A DNA stretch of 9,541 nt from IMG/VR virus record IMGVR_UViG_2548876863_000015; one strand, 5' to 3'. The position numbers and the translations under genes were made by a program. Each line of letters begins with the position of its first letter. Within the stretch, counting starts at the first letter, position 1. This DNA is from a virus. Its lineage: Duplodnaviria; Heunggongvirae; Uroviricota; Caudoviricetes. A model generated the notes under the pieces. The model made no database searches. It was not told where the DNA came from and saw only the letters and a program-made list of their open reading frames with translations. This document shows, in pieces, positions 1-6,787 of the stretch.

Positions 1-11
1 ATGATAGTTAT
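1..11. repeat. Terminal direct repeat ATGATAGTTAT, copy 1; candidate att core / element boundary
   Basis: Identical 11-mer occupies bases 1-11 and 9531-9541, i.e. the very first and last bases of the window. The repeat could extend beyond the window. Confidence 0.5.
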
Positions 12-21
12 TTATCAGTTA

Positions 22-39
22 GTGTTCGTGGGTGTTCGT
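22..39. repeat. Two GTGTTCGT copies 10 bp apart; candidate arm-type integrase binding sites
   Basis: GTGTTCGT at 22-29 and 32-39; same TGTTCG core as the arrays at 95-131 and 9403-9429. Confidence 0.4.
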
Positions 40-94
40 CATGGTGTGGGCATCTAATTTATTTCTATGATTATAAAGGATAATTTCGTTTTTC

Positions 95-162
95 TTGTTC
101 GCCCTTGTTCGTCACAGTTCGCCCTTGTACGATGCACGGTGTAGTCAATGGTGTAGTTAATT
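95..162. repeat. Left arm module: four TTGTTCG-type heptamers at ~10-bp phasing plus tandem 12-mers GGTGTAGTCAAT / GGTGTAGTTAAT
   Basis: TTGTTCG at 95-101 and 105-111, variants AGTTCG at 116-121 and TTGTACG at 125-131; 12-mers at 139-150 and 151-162. The same module recurs at 9403-9460. Lies directly upstream of int. Confidence 0.55.
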
Positions 163-184
163 TTGATGACCGGAAACACGAAAC

Positions 185-1408
185 ATGAGCAGGGCAATTC
201 ATAGACTTAGCGACACTCTTTTACGAAAATTAAGCGGATCACCAACCACAAAAAGCACCTTTTTTAATGATGGTGGCAACCTTAGCGTAAGGCATTCAAC
301 CAATGGCCTGTTAACCTGGTATTTCACTTACAGGTCCGGAACTGGTAGGCAGATATCACCTGAACGTCTGAGGCTGGGAAATTATCCAGATTTGAGCCTG
401 AAAGCAGCCAGGGAAAAAGCGTCGCAATGTCGCGCATGGCTGGCTGAGGGGAAAAATCCGCGCTATGAACTTAATCATGCTGTACAGGACGCGTTAGCCC
501 CCGTGACGGTTAAGGAAGCGCTCACTTACTGGCTTGAATCGTACGCAAAGGAAAAGCGCACTGACTACGAATCACTGAAAAGCCGGATCAATAAACACAT
601 AATTAGCCAGATTGGAGCTATGCCACTGGAAAAATGCGAGCTACGCCACTGGCTGGCCTGTTTTGACCAGCTTGCTAAGCGTAATCCGGTATCAGCCGGA
701 TTTTTGCTACAGGTATGCAAACAGGCGCTTAAGTACTGCCGAAAACGACGATACGCAATCAGCAACGTTCTTGATGATATGGTTGTCGGTGATGTTGGGA
801 AAAAAGCAGAAATAAGCGAGCGCGTACTAACAAACAAGGAGCTTGGGGAATTACTACGCGCCCTTGATGAAAAAATTTACCCACCGTACTACAGCGCCCT
901 GATTCGCCTCCTGATTGTCTTCGGATGTCGTACCACTGAGCTAAGACGCTCTGAGGTCCAGGAATGGGATTTTAAAGAAATGCTCTGGACCGTGCCGAAA
1001 GAACACAGCAAAACGAAGGTAGCAATATTCAGGCCAATACCGGAAGCGATCTTGCCGTTTGTCATGAAGCTGGTGGAGCAGAACAGGCACACGGGCTTAT
1101 TGCTCGGAGAACTGAAAGGGCAATCATCCGTATCAGAGTACGGAAGAACGGCACACAGACGCATTAATCAAGCCCCCTGGACGTTGCACGACATCCGGCA
1201 CACGTTTACAACGATGCTGAACGATTTAGGCGTGGAACCGCATGTTGTGGAGCAGCTTACCGCGCACCAGTTGCCAGGAATGCAACGAGTCTATAATCAC
1301 TCCCGTTATCTTGATGCAAAACGTGACGCTCTTAATCTATGGGTTGAGCGCCTCGATGTGCTGGCTGGAAATCATGAAAATATTGTTATGCTGAAGGTGG
1401 CCAAATGA
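185..1408 (+). CDS. int: Tyrosine recombinase / integrase, P4-type (N-terminal arm-binding domain plus C-terminal catalytic domain)
   Basis: 407-aa ORF. N-terminus (LSD...GLLTWYFTYRSG...LGNYPDLSLKAAREKA) fits the arm-binding domain pattern of P4/CP4-57-type integrases. C-terminal part carries the catalytic Arg in TTELRRSE, the HDIRHTF (H-x-x-R) box and a terminal Tyr region (VYNHSRYLD). Weak SD. Confidence 0.9.
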   Translation: MSRAIHRLSDTLLRKLSGSPTTKSTFFNDGGNLSVRHSTNGLLTWYFTYRSGTGRQISPERLRLGNYPDLSLKAAREKASQCRAWLAEGKNPRYELNHAVQDALAPVTVKEALTYWLESYAKEKRTDYESLKSRINKHIISQIGAMPLEKCELRHWLACFDQLAKRNPVSAGFLLQVCKQALKYCRKRRYAISNVLDDMVVGDVGKKAEISERVLTNKELGELLRALDEKIYPPYYSALIRLLIVFGCRTTELRRSEVQEWDFKEMLWTVPKEHSKTKVAIFRPIPEAILPFVMKLVEQNRHTGLLLGELKGQSSVSEYGRTAHRRINQAPWTLHDIRHTFTTMLNDLGVEPHVVEQLTAHQLPGMQRVYNHSRYLDAKRDALNLWVERLDVLAGNHENIVMLKVAK

Positions 1409-2178
1409 AATTACCTAAAAGACTCTATTATCCGTTACCTGAAGCGGCAGAAAAGTTAGGCTGTGCAATAAAAGATCTTTATCATTACGCATATATAGGT
1501 GCTCTTAATATTTCTGTATATATACCAAAAATTGATGCTAAAAAATTCAATTTTTCATTATGTCATTTTATCAATGGTTGTAATGAGGAAGAATTAATAA
1601 AATATCCTTTCAATGATGAATCTGCTGTTTTTGGAAGTAATTTTACAGTTGGTTTAACTGGTGACACTGAATTTTTAGATAGTGCCATTATTGGTCCTGT
1701 AGGGAATTCTATCAAATGTTATTATGTTAGCAGCTTATCAGGGTTTTATTATACTCCGGCATATGTTTTTGCTGATGTCGAATTTAGCATGAGACAATAT
1801 ATAAAATGTTCTCATCTTACGAATAAGTATGGTGATGATAATCTCATGTATGTTTTTTGTAAGGGTGGTTATGAATTTGATGTTAACTATTTGTGTGTGA
1901 TGGCTAGTGATTTAGATAATATAAAAAATACGGGAGACTTCCCGAAGATAACAGAAGATAGCCCAAAAGCATCGTCAAAAAGGAATGAGGTTATTTACTC
2001 TTTAATTAAACTTATTCCAGAAATGGGTGATGTAGACCTGGACACGGAATCATTACCTAAAATAGCAGATTTAATTGATTCTATAGCTGCATCCAGAGGG
2101 ATAGAATTTCCAAAAACACATTGGCAGACATGGCAAAAGTATTTGGGGCGTGAATCTCAACAAAAACGTAAAAAGTGA
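1405..2178 (+). CDS. Hypothetical protein, 257 aa, AT-rich, no domain recognised; candidate accessory/cargo gene
   Basis: Start overlaps the int stop (ATGA at 1405-1408), suggesting translational coupling. Composition is visibly AT-rich (roughly one-third G+C by eye) against about half in flanking genes. Uninterrupted 257-codon frame, Tyr/Phe/Asn-rich, basic C-terminal tail (QQKRKK). No Walker, HEPN or nuclease motif recognised by eye. Confidence 0.7.
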   Translation: MKLPKRLYYPLPEAAEKLGCAIKDLYHYAYIGALNISVYIPKIDAKKFNFSLCHFINGCNEEELIKYPFNDESAVFGSNFTVGLTGDTEFLDSAIIGPVGNSIKCYYVSSLSGFYYTPAYVFADVEFSMRQYIKCSHLTNKYGDDNLMYVFCKGGYEFDVNYLCVMASDLDNIKNTGDFPKITEDSPKASSKRNEVIYSLIKLIPEMGDVDLDTESLPKIADLIDSIAASRGIEFPKTHWQTWQKYLGRESQQKRKK

Positions 2179-2203
2179 TATCACGTGCTGGTAGTGTGAT
2201 ATC
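2176..2203. promoter_or_regulatory. Two copies of the perfect palindrome GTGATATCAC separated by 8 bp; candidate regulator binding site
   Basis: GTGATATCAC at 2176-2185 (overlapping the orf257 stop codon) and 2194-2203. A TAGAAT -10-like hexamer follows at 2229-2234 without a good -35. Confidence 0.4.
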
Positions 2204-2234
2204 ACACAAACGGCGTTTTACTACCGCCTAGAAT

Positions 2235-2269
2235 CGTCCTCGTTCGGCAACGTTCGAGGACGTTTTTTT
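2235..2269 (+). terminator. Rho-independent terminator that also contains the alpA Shine-Dalgarno
   Basis: 8-bp stem CGTCCTCG (2235-2242) / CGAGGACG (2255-2262) with a 12-nt loop, followed by a T7 run (2263-2269) that abuts the alpA ATG at 2270. The only SD-like sequence for alpA (GAGGA, 2256-2260) lies in the 3' arm of the stem. Confidence 0.6.
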
Positions 2270-2494
2270 ATGAATCAAAATACACAATTTCAATCACTAT
2301 CAGATCGCGTAATCCGTGAGGATGAATGCCGTAAGTTAACAGGAGTGTGCCGCACTACACGCTACGAACTGGAGAAAAAAGGGAATTTCCCGTCACGCCG
2401 TAATCTGGGTGGTCGTTCAGTAGGTTGGCTGCTTTCCGAGGTTATGGAATGGGTTAAAAGCCGGGATCGTATTAATTCAGGTAAGGCAGCGTAG
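2270..2494 (+). CDS. alpA: AlpA-family transcriptional regulator / excisionase-like HTH protein
   Basis: 74-aa ORF. Motif ...CRKLTGVCRTTRYELEKKGNFPSRRNLGGRSVGWLLSEVMEWVKSR matches the AlpA / phage-regulatory HTH family pattern (L-TG-S--T-Y-----G-FP----LG-R-V-W--SEV--W). Position immediately downstream of int is typical for Gram-negative PICIs and P4-like islands. Confidence 0.8.
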   Translation: MNQNTQFQSLSDRVIREDECRKLTGVCRTTRYELEKKGNFPSRRNLGGRSVGWLLSEVMEWVKSRDRINSGKAA

Positions 2495-2510
2495 GGGGAA
2501 CATATGACAC

Positions 2511-2540
2511 ATAAAACAAAGGCGACCTGTGGCGGTCGCC
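2511..2540 (-). terminator. Candidate rho-independent terminator for the minus-strand regulator gene
   Basis: 7-bp stem GGCGACC (2521-2527) / GGTCGCC (2534-2540), 6-nt loop. On the minus strand it is followed by TTTGTTTTAT (complement of 2511-2520). On the plus strand it is not followed by a U-tract. Confidence 0.45.
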
Positions 2541-2628
2541 AATGGGAAAACACTAAACATAAGCCCGAACATCATAGCGATTTGCTGTCTGGTGGGCAAT
2601 GTGCTCAGTGTGCTGGCTTGCTGGTGGA

Positions 2629-2808
2629 CTATTCCTGCTCTTTGGCCTTGCGGCGCTGGCGGCGTTTGATTTCGCCGCGCATGGCTGCGTTTATAAACTG
2701 CCCCGTGCTTTCACCTTCTTCTTTCACGTTCTCCATGCCTTCAATAATTTCATGGGCAATACGTGCAGTTACAGATTGTGATTTTGCATTCTTTGGACCC
2801 GTTGCCAT
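2629..2808 (-). CDS. Small DNA-binding protein, ribbon-helix-helix-like (59 aa); candidate repressor
   Basis: Preferred start is the ATG at 2808-2806 (MATGPKNAKSQSVTARIAHEIIEGMENVKEEGESTGQFINAAMRGEIKRRQRRKAKEQE), preceded by a GAGGGG SD 6 nt upstream. The track start at 2847 is a GTG with no SD. SVTARI then two helices fits an RHH (Arc/CopG-like) layout by eye. Divergent from an operator-rich promoter region. Confidence 0.55.
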   Translation of the reverse strand: MATGPKNAKSQSVTARIAHEIIEGMENVKEEGESTGQFINAAMRGEIKRRQRRKAKEQE

Positions 2809-2828
2809 GTTTAACCCCTCATGTTTTT

Positions 2829-2912
2829 GGTGTAAGACAATATACACGAAAAAAAAATATTTTGAAGGGTTGACGTGTAAGACACCGTTATTTTACATTG
2901 TGTCTTACACCT
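2829..2912. promoter_or_regulatory. Divergent promoter region with three copies of the operator-like motif GTGTAAGACA(C)
   Basis: GTGTAAGACA at 2830-2839; GTGTAAGACAC at 2875-2885; inverted copy GTGTCTTACAC at 2900-2910. Plus-strand sigma70-like promoter TTGACG (2870-2875), 18-bp spacer, TACATT (2894-2899), with operators overlapping the -35 and following the -10. Minus-strand -10 TATATT (complement of 2839-2844) abuts the first operator. A-tract at 2850-2864 between the two promoters. Confidence 0.55.
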
Positions 2913-3007
2913 TGTTGATGCAAGGTACAGAAAAGACGAAACCCGGCAGTGCGTCAACACTAACCGGGCTTCTAACCACCAACGATAGCAACAGTATCGA
3001 GGTAGCT

Positions 3008-3211
3008 ATGTTAAATCATACCACACACCCGCAAGGGCGGGACTCGCACAACCTGAATAAATACATCTGGCGTTTTCTGGCCCTGAGTGCCGGAGAATCT
3101 CAAATCATCCACGTAACCGCCTGGACGGAACGCGAAGCGCGTAGCCGTTGCCCGTCAGGTTGTGTTGCTGTATTTGTCGCCCGTATTCGTCAGGGGGTGT
3201 GCCGTGCTTAA
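3008..3211 (+). CDS. Small conserved protein (67 aa), possibly Icd/Ash-like as seen in P4-family islands
   Basis: ATG at 3008 with GAGGT 4 nt upstream. MLNHTTHPQGRDSHNLNKYIWRFLALSAGESQIIHVTAWTEREARSRCPSGCVAVFVARIRQGVCRA. The WRFLAL ... EREAR ... VFVARI pattern resembles, from memory, small Icd-like/Ash-family proteins of enterobacterial P4-like prophages; not verified. The upstream extension to 2504 in the ORF track is rejected. Confidence 0.5.
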   Translation: MLNHTTHPQGRDSHNLNKYIWRFLALSAGESQIIHVTAWTEREARSRCPSGCVAVFVARIRQGVCRA

Positions 3212-3290
3212 AACCTTCCGCGTTTTTTCCCGTGCTGTTAACAAGCGCGGCTATACCGTTGGCATCACGCAGAACGTGAAGGCCGTTAAT

Positions 3291-3581
3291 ATGCAAGCGG
3301 CGATTGATTCAGTAATCAGTAATTCCGGTAAAGCAGGTTTATCACATGTAATTATTGCAGCAGTACATGAATTAAAAGGGGGGGCATTAATGAAGGAAAT
3401 TACATTACACGAAGCCGCTGAACGTGCGCACCAGACAGAAATTATTTGCCGACTTCTTGAGGTGTACCCTAATAAATTAAATGATGGTGATATATCCGCA
3501 TTAGCTGGCCTTCTGGCAAAACTTTCTGGAAGTGTTGCGCTGTGGTTAATTGATGAGAGATTTAAACGCTATGAACAATAA
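3291..3581 (+). CDS. Hypothetical small protein (96 aa if the start is 3291; 63 aa if 3390)
   Basis: In-frame ATGs at 3291 (GAAGG 9 nt upstream) and 3390 (very strong AAGGGGGGG SD 5 nt upstream). C-terminal part ...LHEAAERAHQTEIICRLLEVYPNKLNDGDISALAGLLAKL... looks helical. The track start at 3162 overlaps the preceding gene and is unlikely. Confidence 0.5.
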   Translation: MQAAIDSVISNSGKAGLSHVIIAAVHELKGGALMKEITLHEAAERAHQTEIICRLLEVYPNKLNDGDISALAGLLAKLSGSVALWLIDERFKRYEQ

Positions 3582-3813
3582 CAAACGCGTAATTTGCGAA
3601 TTGAATGAACTCACACAAAGCGCAATATCTTACAACAATGCCGTAAGTGAGATTATTAACGTCTGGTTTGAATCGCTGATAAATTGCGAGCGTGACGAGT
3701 CAACGACAAGATTAACCTTTGCCATTTCTGAATTACTGAATATTTCCACCAGCAAAATAGAGAGCATATCAGAGAAGATTAACGGCTTATCAGGTCACGC
3801 TATCGGAGAATAA
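3571..3813 (+). CDS. Hypothetical small protein (80 aa)
   Basis: ATG at 3571 overlaps the stop of the previous ORF by 11 nt (coupling). MNNNKRVICELNELTQSAISYNNAVSEIINVWFESLINCERDE... No recognised domain. Confidence 0.5.
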   Translation: MNNNKRVICELNELTQSAISYNNAVSEIINVWFESLINCERDESTTRLTFAISELLNISTSKIESISEKINGLSGHAIGE

Positions 3814-3818
3814 AAATA

Positions 3819-4118
3819 ATGAAACTTAAATATTCTGGCTTAACTGCCAGCGGCAAAACTCGCACTAAATTCATGTGCGGGGATATTTACCGCGATAAGT
3901 ACGGCGGCACGGTAATGATTAAGGGCGTGGAGGAACGGCGCGTAACTTACCGCCGTGAAGGCTACGAATATGATTGCGTTATGCCTGTTTATCAGTTCAA
4001 CCGTGATTTTTCTCTGGTACAGGCAGCGCCCCGCAGTAAGCCAACCAGCAGGGAGAAAGCACGCGCCAATATTCAGGAAATAAAAAAGATGCTTAACGTA
4101 TTCAGGGGTAAAAAATGA
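3819..4118 (+). CDS. Hypothetical small basic protein (99 aa), translationally coupled to the replication gene
   Basis: ATG at 3819 with GGAGA SD 9 nt upstream; stop overlaps the pri-rep start (ATGA at 4115-4118). No domain recognised. Confidence 0.6.
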   Translation: MKLKYSGLTASGKTRTKFMCGDIYRDKYGGTVMIKGVEERRVTYRREGYEYDCVMPVYQFNRDFSLVQAAPRSKPTSREKARANIQEIKKMLNVFRGKK

Positions 4119-5863
4119 AACTGGCACCGAACGTAAAAAAACAGCCACGCGGAATAAAACACAAAGACACAGAGGTGATTATTTTCGCGGGTAGTGATGC
4201 GTGGGCACATGCAAAACAGTGGCAGGAGCAGGACGGCCCCGCATCCGGCGATAATGTGCCTCCTGTGTGGCTTGGGCCAAATCAGCTTGCCGAACTTTAT
4301 GCACTGCAAATTGTTCCTGATGGAAAAAAACGCGTAAGGCTGTACCAGGCAGGAGAACTGGACTTGGTGGAGACCAAAAAGATTGGTCAGAAGCTGGCGG
4401 CGGCAGGCGTACAGGATGCAAAATTTTACCCCGAAGGAATGCACGGTCAGAAGTGTGAAAACTGGCGGCGCTATCTGAATGCTGAGCGTGAAAATATTGC
4501 CGCAGGGCTTACCATGCCGGAGCAGAAAAATACGCAACTGGCACAAATGGCAGACAGTGAGCGCGCCCAGCTGCTTGCCGATCGCTTTGATGGCGTTTGC
4601 GTACATCCTGAAAGTGAAATCGTTCACGTATGGCGCGGCGGGGTATGGTGTCCGGTCAGCACAATGGAACTTAGCCGCGAAATGGTGGCGATCTATTCAG
4701 AGCACAGGGCCACTTTCAGCAAACGCGTGATCAATAACGCCGTTGAAGCGTTAAAAGTTATTGCCGAACCAATGGGGGAGCCGTCCGGCGATTTGCTGCC
4801 GTTCGCCAATGGTGCACTTGACCTGAAAACGGGGGAATTTTCCCCGCACACGCCGGAGAACTGGATCACCACGCACAACGGCATTGAGTACACGCCACCA
4901 GCACCAGGGGAGAACATTCGCGACAACGCGCCAAACTTTCATAAATGGCTTGAGCACGCAGCCGGAAAAGACCCGCGCAAGATGATGCGTATATGTGCCG
5001 CGCTGTACATGATTATGGCGAACCGGTACGACTGGCAGATGTTTATTGAGGCCACCGGAGACGGCGGGAGCGGTAAAAGTACATTCACACACATAGCCAG
5101 CCTTCTGGCAGGGAAACAGAACACCGTAAGCGCGGAGATGACATCACTCGATGATGCAGGAGGGCGCGCGCAGGTTGTCGGGAGTCGTCTTATCGTCCTG
5201 GCTGACCAGCCGAAATATACAGGCGAAGGAACGGGCATCAAGAAAATCACGGGCGGCGACCCCGTGGAAATTAACCCGAAATATGAAAAGCGTTTCACGG
5301 CGGTAATCAGGGCGGTGGTGCTGGCGACCAACAACAACCCGATGATATTCACCGAACGGGCCGGAGGCGTGGCACGTCGTCGGGTTATTTTTCGCTTTGA
5401 CAATATCGTTAGCGAGGCAGAAAAGGACAAGGATTTGCCGGAGAAGGTCGCGGCTGAAATCCCTGTGATTATCCGCCGCTTGCTGGCTAATTTTGCTGAC
5501 CCTGAAAAGGCACGGGCTTTATTACTGGAACAGCGCGACGGTGATGAAGCACTGGCGATAAAGCAACAGACAGATCCGGTTATTGAGTTTTGCCAGTTCC
5601 TGAATTTTCTGGAGGAAGCGCGCGGCCTGATGATGGGTGGCGGTGGCGATTCCGTGAAGTACACGACCAGAAACAGCCTTTACCGCGTCTATCTGGCGTT
5701 TATGGCATACGCAGGAAGAAGCAAGCCGCTAAACGTGGCTGATTTCAGCAAGGCCATGAAGCCAGCGGCGAAAGTTTACGGACATGAATATATTACGCGA
5801 AAAGTTAAGGGAGTAACGCAGACCAACGCAATTACAACGGATGATTGTGACGCGTTTTTATAA
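4115..5863 (+). CDS. Replication initiator: primase-associated / D5-like SF3 helicase (P4 alpha-like primase-helicase C-terminal region)
   Basis: 582-aa ORF with SD AGGGG 6 nt upstream. Walker A GDGGSGKST; downstream Walker B-like run RLIVLADQP; LATNNNP and RRRVIFRFDN motifs typical of the phage/plasmid primase P4-family C-terminal NTPase domain; D5-N-like segment before the P-loop. Followed immediately by an iteron array. Confidence 0.9.
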   Translation: MKLAPNVKKQPRGIKHKDTEVIIFAGSDAWAHAKQWQEQDGPASGDNVPPVWLGPNQLAELYALQIVPDGKKRVRLYQAGELDLVETKKIGQKLAAAGVQDAKFYPEGMHGQKCENWRRYLNAERENIAAGLTMPEQKNTQLAQMADSERAQLLADRFDGVCVHPESEIVHVWRGGVWCPVSTMELSREMVAIYSEHRATFSKRVINNAVEALKVIAEPMGEPSGDLLPFANGALDLKTGEFSPHTPENWITTHNGIEYTPPAPGENIRDNAPNFHKWLEHAAGKDPRKMMRICAALYMIMANRYDWQMFIEATGDGGSGKSTFTHIASLLAGKQNTVSAEMTSLDDAGGRAQVVGSRLIVLADQPKYTGEGTGIKKITGGDPVEINPKYEKRFTAVIRAVVLATNNNPMIFTERAGGVARRRVIFRFDNIVSEAEKDKDLPEKVAAEIPVIIRRLLANFADPEKARALLLEQRDGDEALAIKQQTDPVIEFCQFLNFLEEARGLMMGGGGDSVKYTTRNSLYRVYLAFMAYAGRSKPLNVADFSKAMKPAAKVYGHEYITRKVKGVTQTNAITTDDCDAFL

Positions 5864-5876
5864 TTTTTTGTAAAAG

Positions 5877-6107
5877 CCCTCTACCCCATCTACCTGAATG
5901 AAATAAACGCATATTATTCAACATGATAAGTGGGTAGAGGGATAGGTAGAAGGCTAATAAAACCCCTCTACCCCCTCTACCATGATTAAGGTCGTTTGTG
6001 AGGGGCGGGTAGAGGATGGGTAGAGGGCCACGAAAAGTCCTCTACCCATCTGAAAGCCGCGCCATTACTGACCTGAAAGATGATTAGGTAGAAGAGGTAG
6101 AGGAGGT
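5877..6107. repeat. Iteron array; putative replication origin
   Basis: About 11 copies of an 8-10-bp motif (C)CTCTACC(C) / GGGTAGAG(G) in alternating orientation clusters: 5877-5895 (direct x2), 5932-5952 (inverted x2), 5962-5980 (direct x2), 6007-6026 (inverted x2), 6038-6049 (direct), 6087-6107 (inverted x2). AT-rich segment at 5896-5930. Located directly 3' of the replication gene, as in SaPI/PICI origins. Confidence 0.7.
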
Positions 6108-6150
6108 GCACCACAACCTAAAACTTTTTAAACGAGGGGGGTAAAAATAA

Positions 6151-6459
6151 ATGTGCATACATCAAAATCACTTAACAAACATGCCGACCGAAAACATGAA
6201 TCAGGGGCGACAAATGACCAAAATGCGCAGAGACAGAACACAGCAAAAATATAAAGCGTTAGACATGACAGAGCTTTCCCTAAAGGTGGCAATCAAAGTT
6301 ATAGACCGCCACACACGGGAAGGATACGCGAAGGAGAATCCCGAACTAATAAGCGCATTCATGACCACGGCGGCGGCAAACTTTGCCACGCTGACAGAGC
6401 GGGAGATTGCAGAAGCGGAACAGGTAACAACCATCAACGTTAAAAGCACTGGAGAATAA
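6151..6459 (+). CDS. Hypothetical protein (102 aa)
   Basis: ATG at 6151 with GAGGGGGG SD about 9 nt upstream; alternative in-frame ATGs at 6181 and 6196. Followed by a strong terminator. No domain recognised. Confidence 0.55.
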   Translation: MCIHQNHLTNMPTENMNQGRQMTKMRRDRTQQKYKALDMTELSLKVAIKVIDRHTREGYAKENPELISAFMTTAAANFATLTEREIAEAEQVTTINVKSTGE

Positions 6460-6476
6460 CCGAAGGAGTGAGCACA

Positions 6477-6501
6477 TAGCCGGAGCAATCCGGCTTTTTT
6501 T
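6477..6501 (+). terminator. Rho-independent terminator
   Basis: Stem AGCCGGA (6477-6483) / TCCGGCT (6488-6494), GCAA tetraloop, then a T8 run (6494-6501). Sits 18 nt after the stop of the 6151-6459 ORF. Confidence 0.75.
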
Positions 6502-6589
6502 CGATCTCTCATATCTTAAAAAATGGTTGATTAATGATAATCTATCGAAAATACTGATTATGCGATGATAAGTATCAGGAGGAAACAAA

Positions 6590-6784
6590 GTGGAAGAGAT
6601 AAAGCAAAGCGCTACCGTGATGATTGATCACGAGATCCTAAACGAGCTTAAAAAACTTCAATTCGATGTTATTCGCCGGATGAATGAAGCTGGTATATAC
6701 GGCAGAGCCGCCACGCCAACAATAGGTCATCTTGCACGTGTGCTGTTACGCGAAAGACTGGGCATTGCAACAGGTGAGGCATAA
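6590..6784 (+). CDS. Hypothetical small protein (64 aa), GTG start; possibly a small DNA-binding protein
   Basis: GTG at 6590 with canonical AGGAGG SD 7 nt upstream. N-terminus TVMIDHEILNELKKL is compatible with a beta-strand plus helix (RHH-like) but this is a guess. Confidence 0.5.
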   Translation: MEEIKQSATVMIDHEILNELKKLQFDVIRRMNEAGIYGRAATPTIGHLARVLLRERLGIATGEA

Positions 6785-6787
6785 CAA

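Noticed and set aside
1-184. tRNA or tmRNA fragment at the element boundary
   Set aside because: Neither end shows tRNA-like 3' features (T-arm GTTCGAATC-like box, acceptor CCA context). The repeated GTTCG here sits in 10-bp-phased arrays, which fits protein-binding arm sites, not a tRNA T-loop.
565-1164. Minus-strand ORFs inside int (565..837, 889..1164) and the + ORF 612..815
   Set aside because: Overlap a confidently identified integrase; alternative-frame artefacts.
2504-3007. N-terminal 168 codons of the long + ORF 2504..3211
   Set aside because: Cys/Trp-rich and low-complexity, overlaps the minus-strand regulator gene and the operator/promoter region, no SD at 2504. Only the last 67 codons (from the ATG at 3008, with SD) look like a real gene.
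3840-4627. Minus-strand ORFs 3840..4148 and 4073..4627
   Set aside because: Antisense to the coupled small-ORF/pri-rep operon, with no independent start signals.
4693-5664. Minus-strand ORFs inside the primase-helicase gene (4939..5664, 4751..5092, 4693..4926)
   Set aside because: Antisense to a strongly supported gene, Arg/Ser/Pro-rich composition typical of antisense frames, no start context.
5877-6107. Insertion sequence or MITE at the iteron region
   Set aside because: No terminal inverted repeats bracketing a transposase, and no target-site duplication. The repeat organisation and its position after the replication gene fit an origin.
6201-6588. Minus-strand ORFs 6201..6512 and 6346..6588
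   Set aside because: They run antisense through the 6151-6459 ORF and the plus-strand terminator and leader region. No SD; the plus-strand genes here have good signals.
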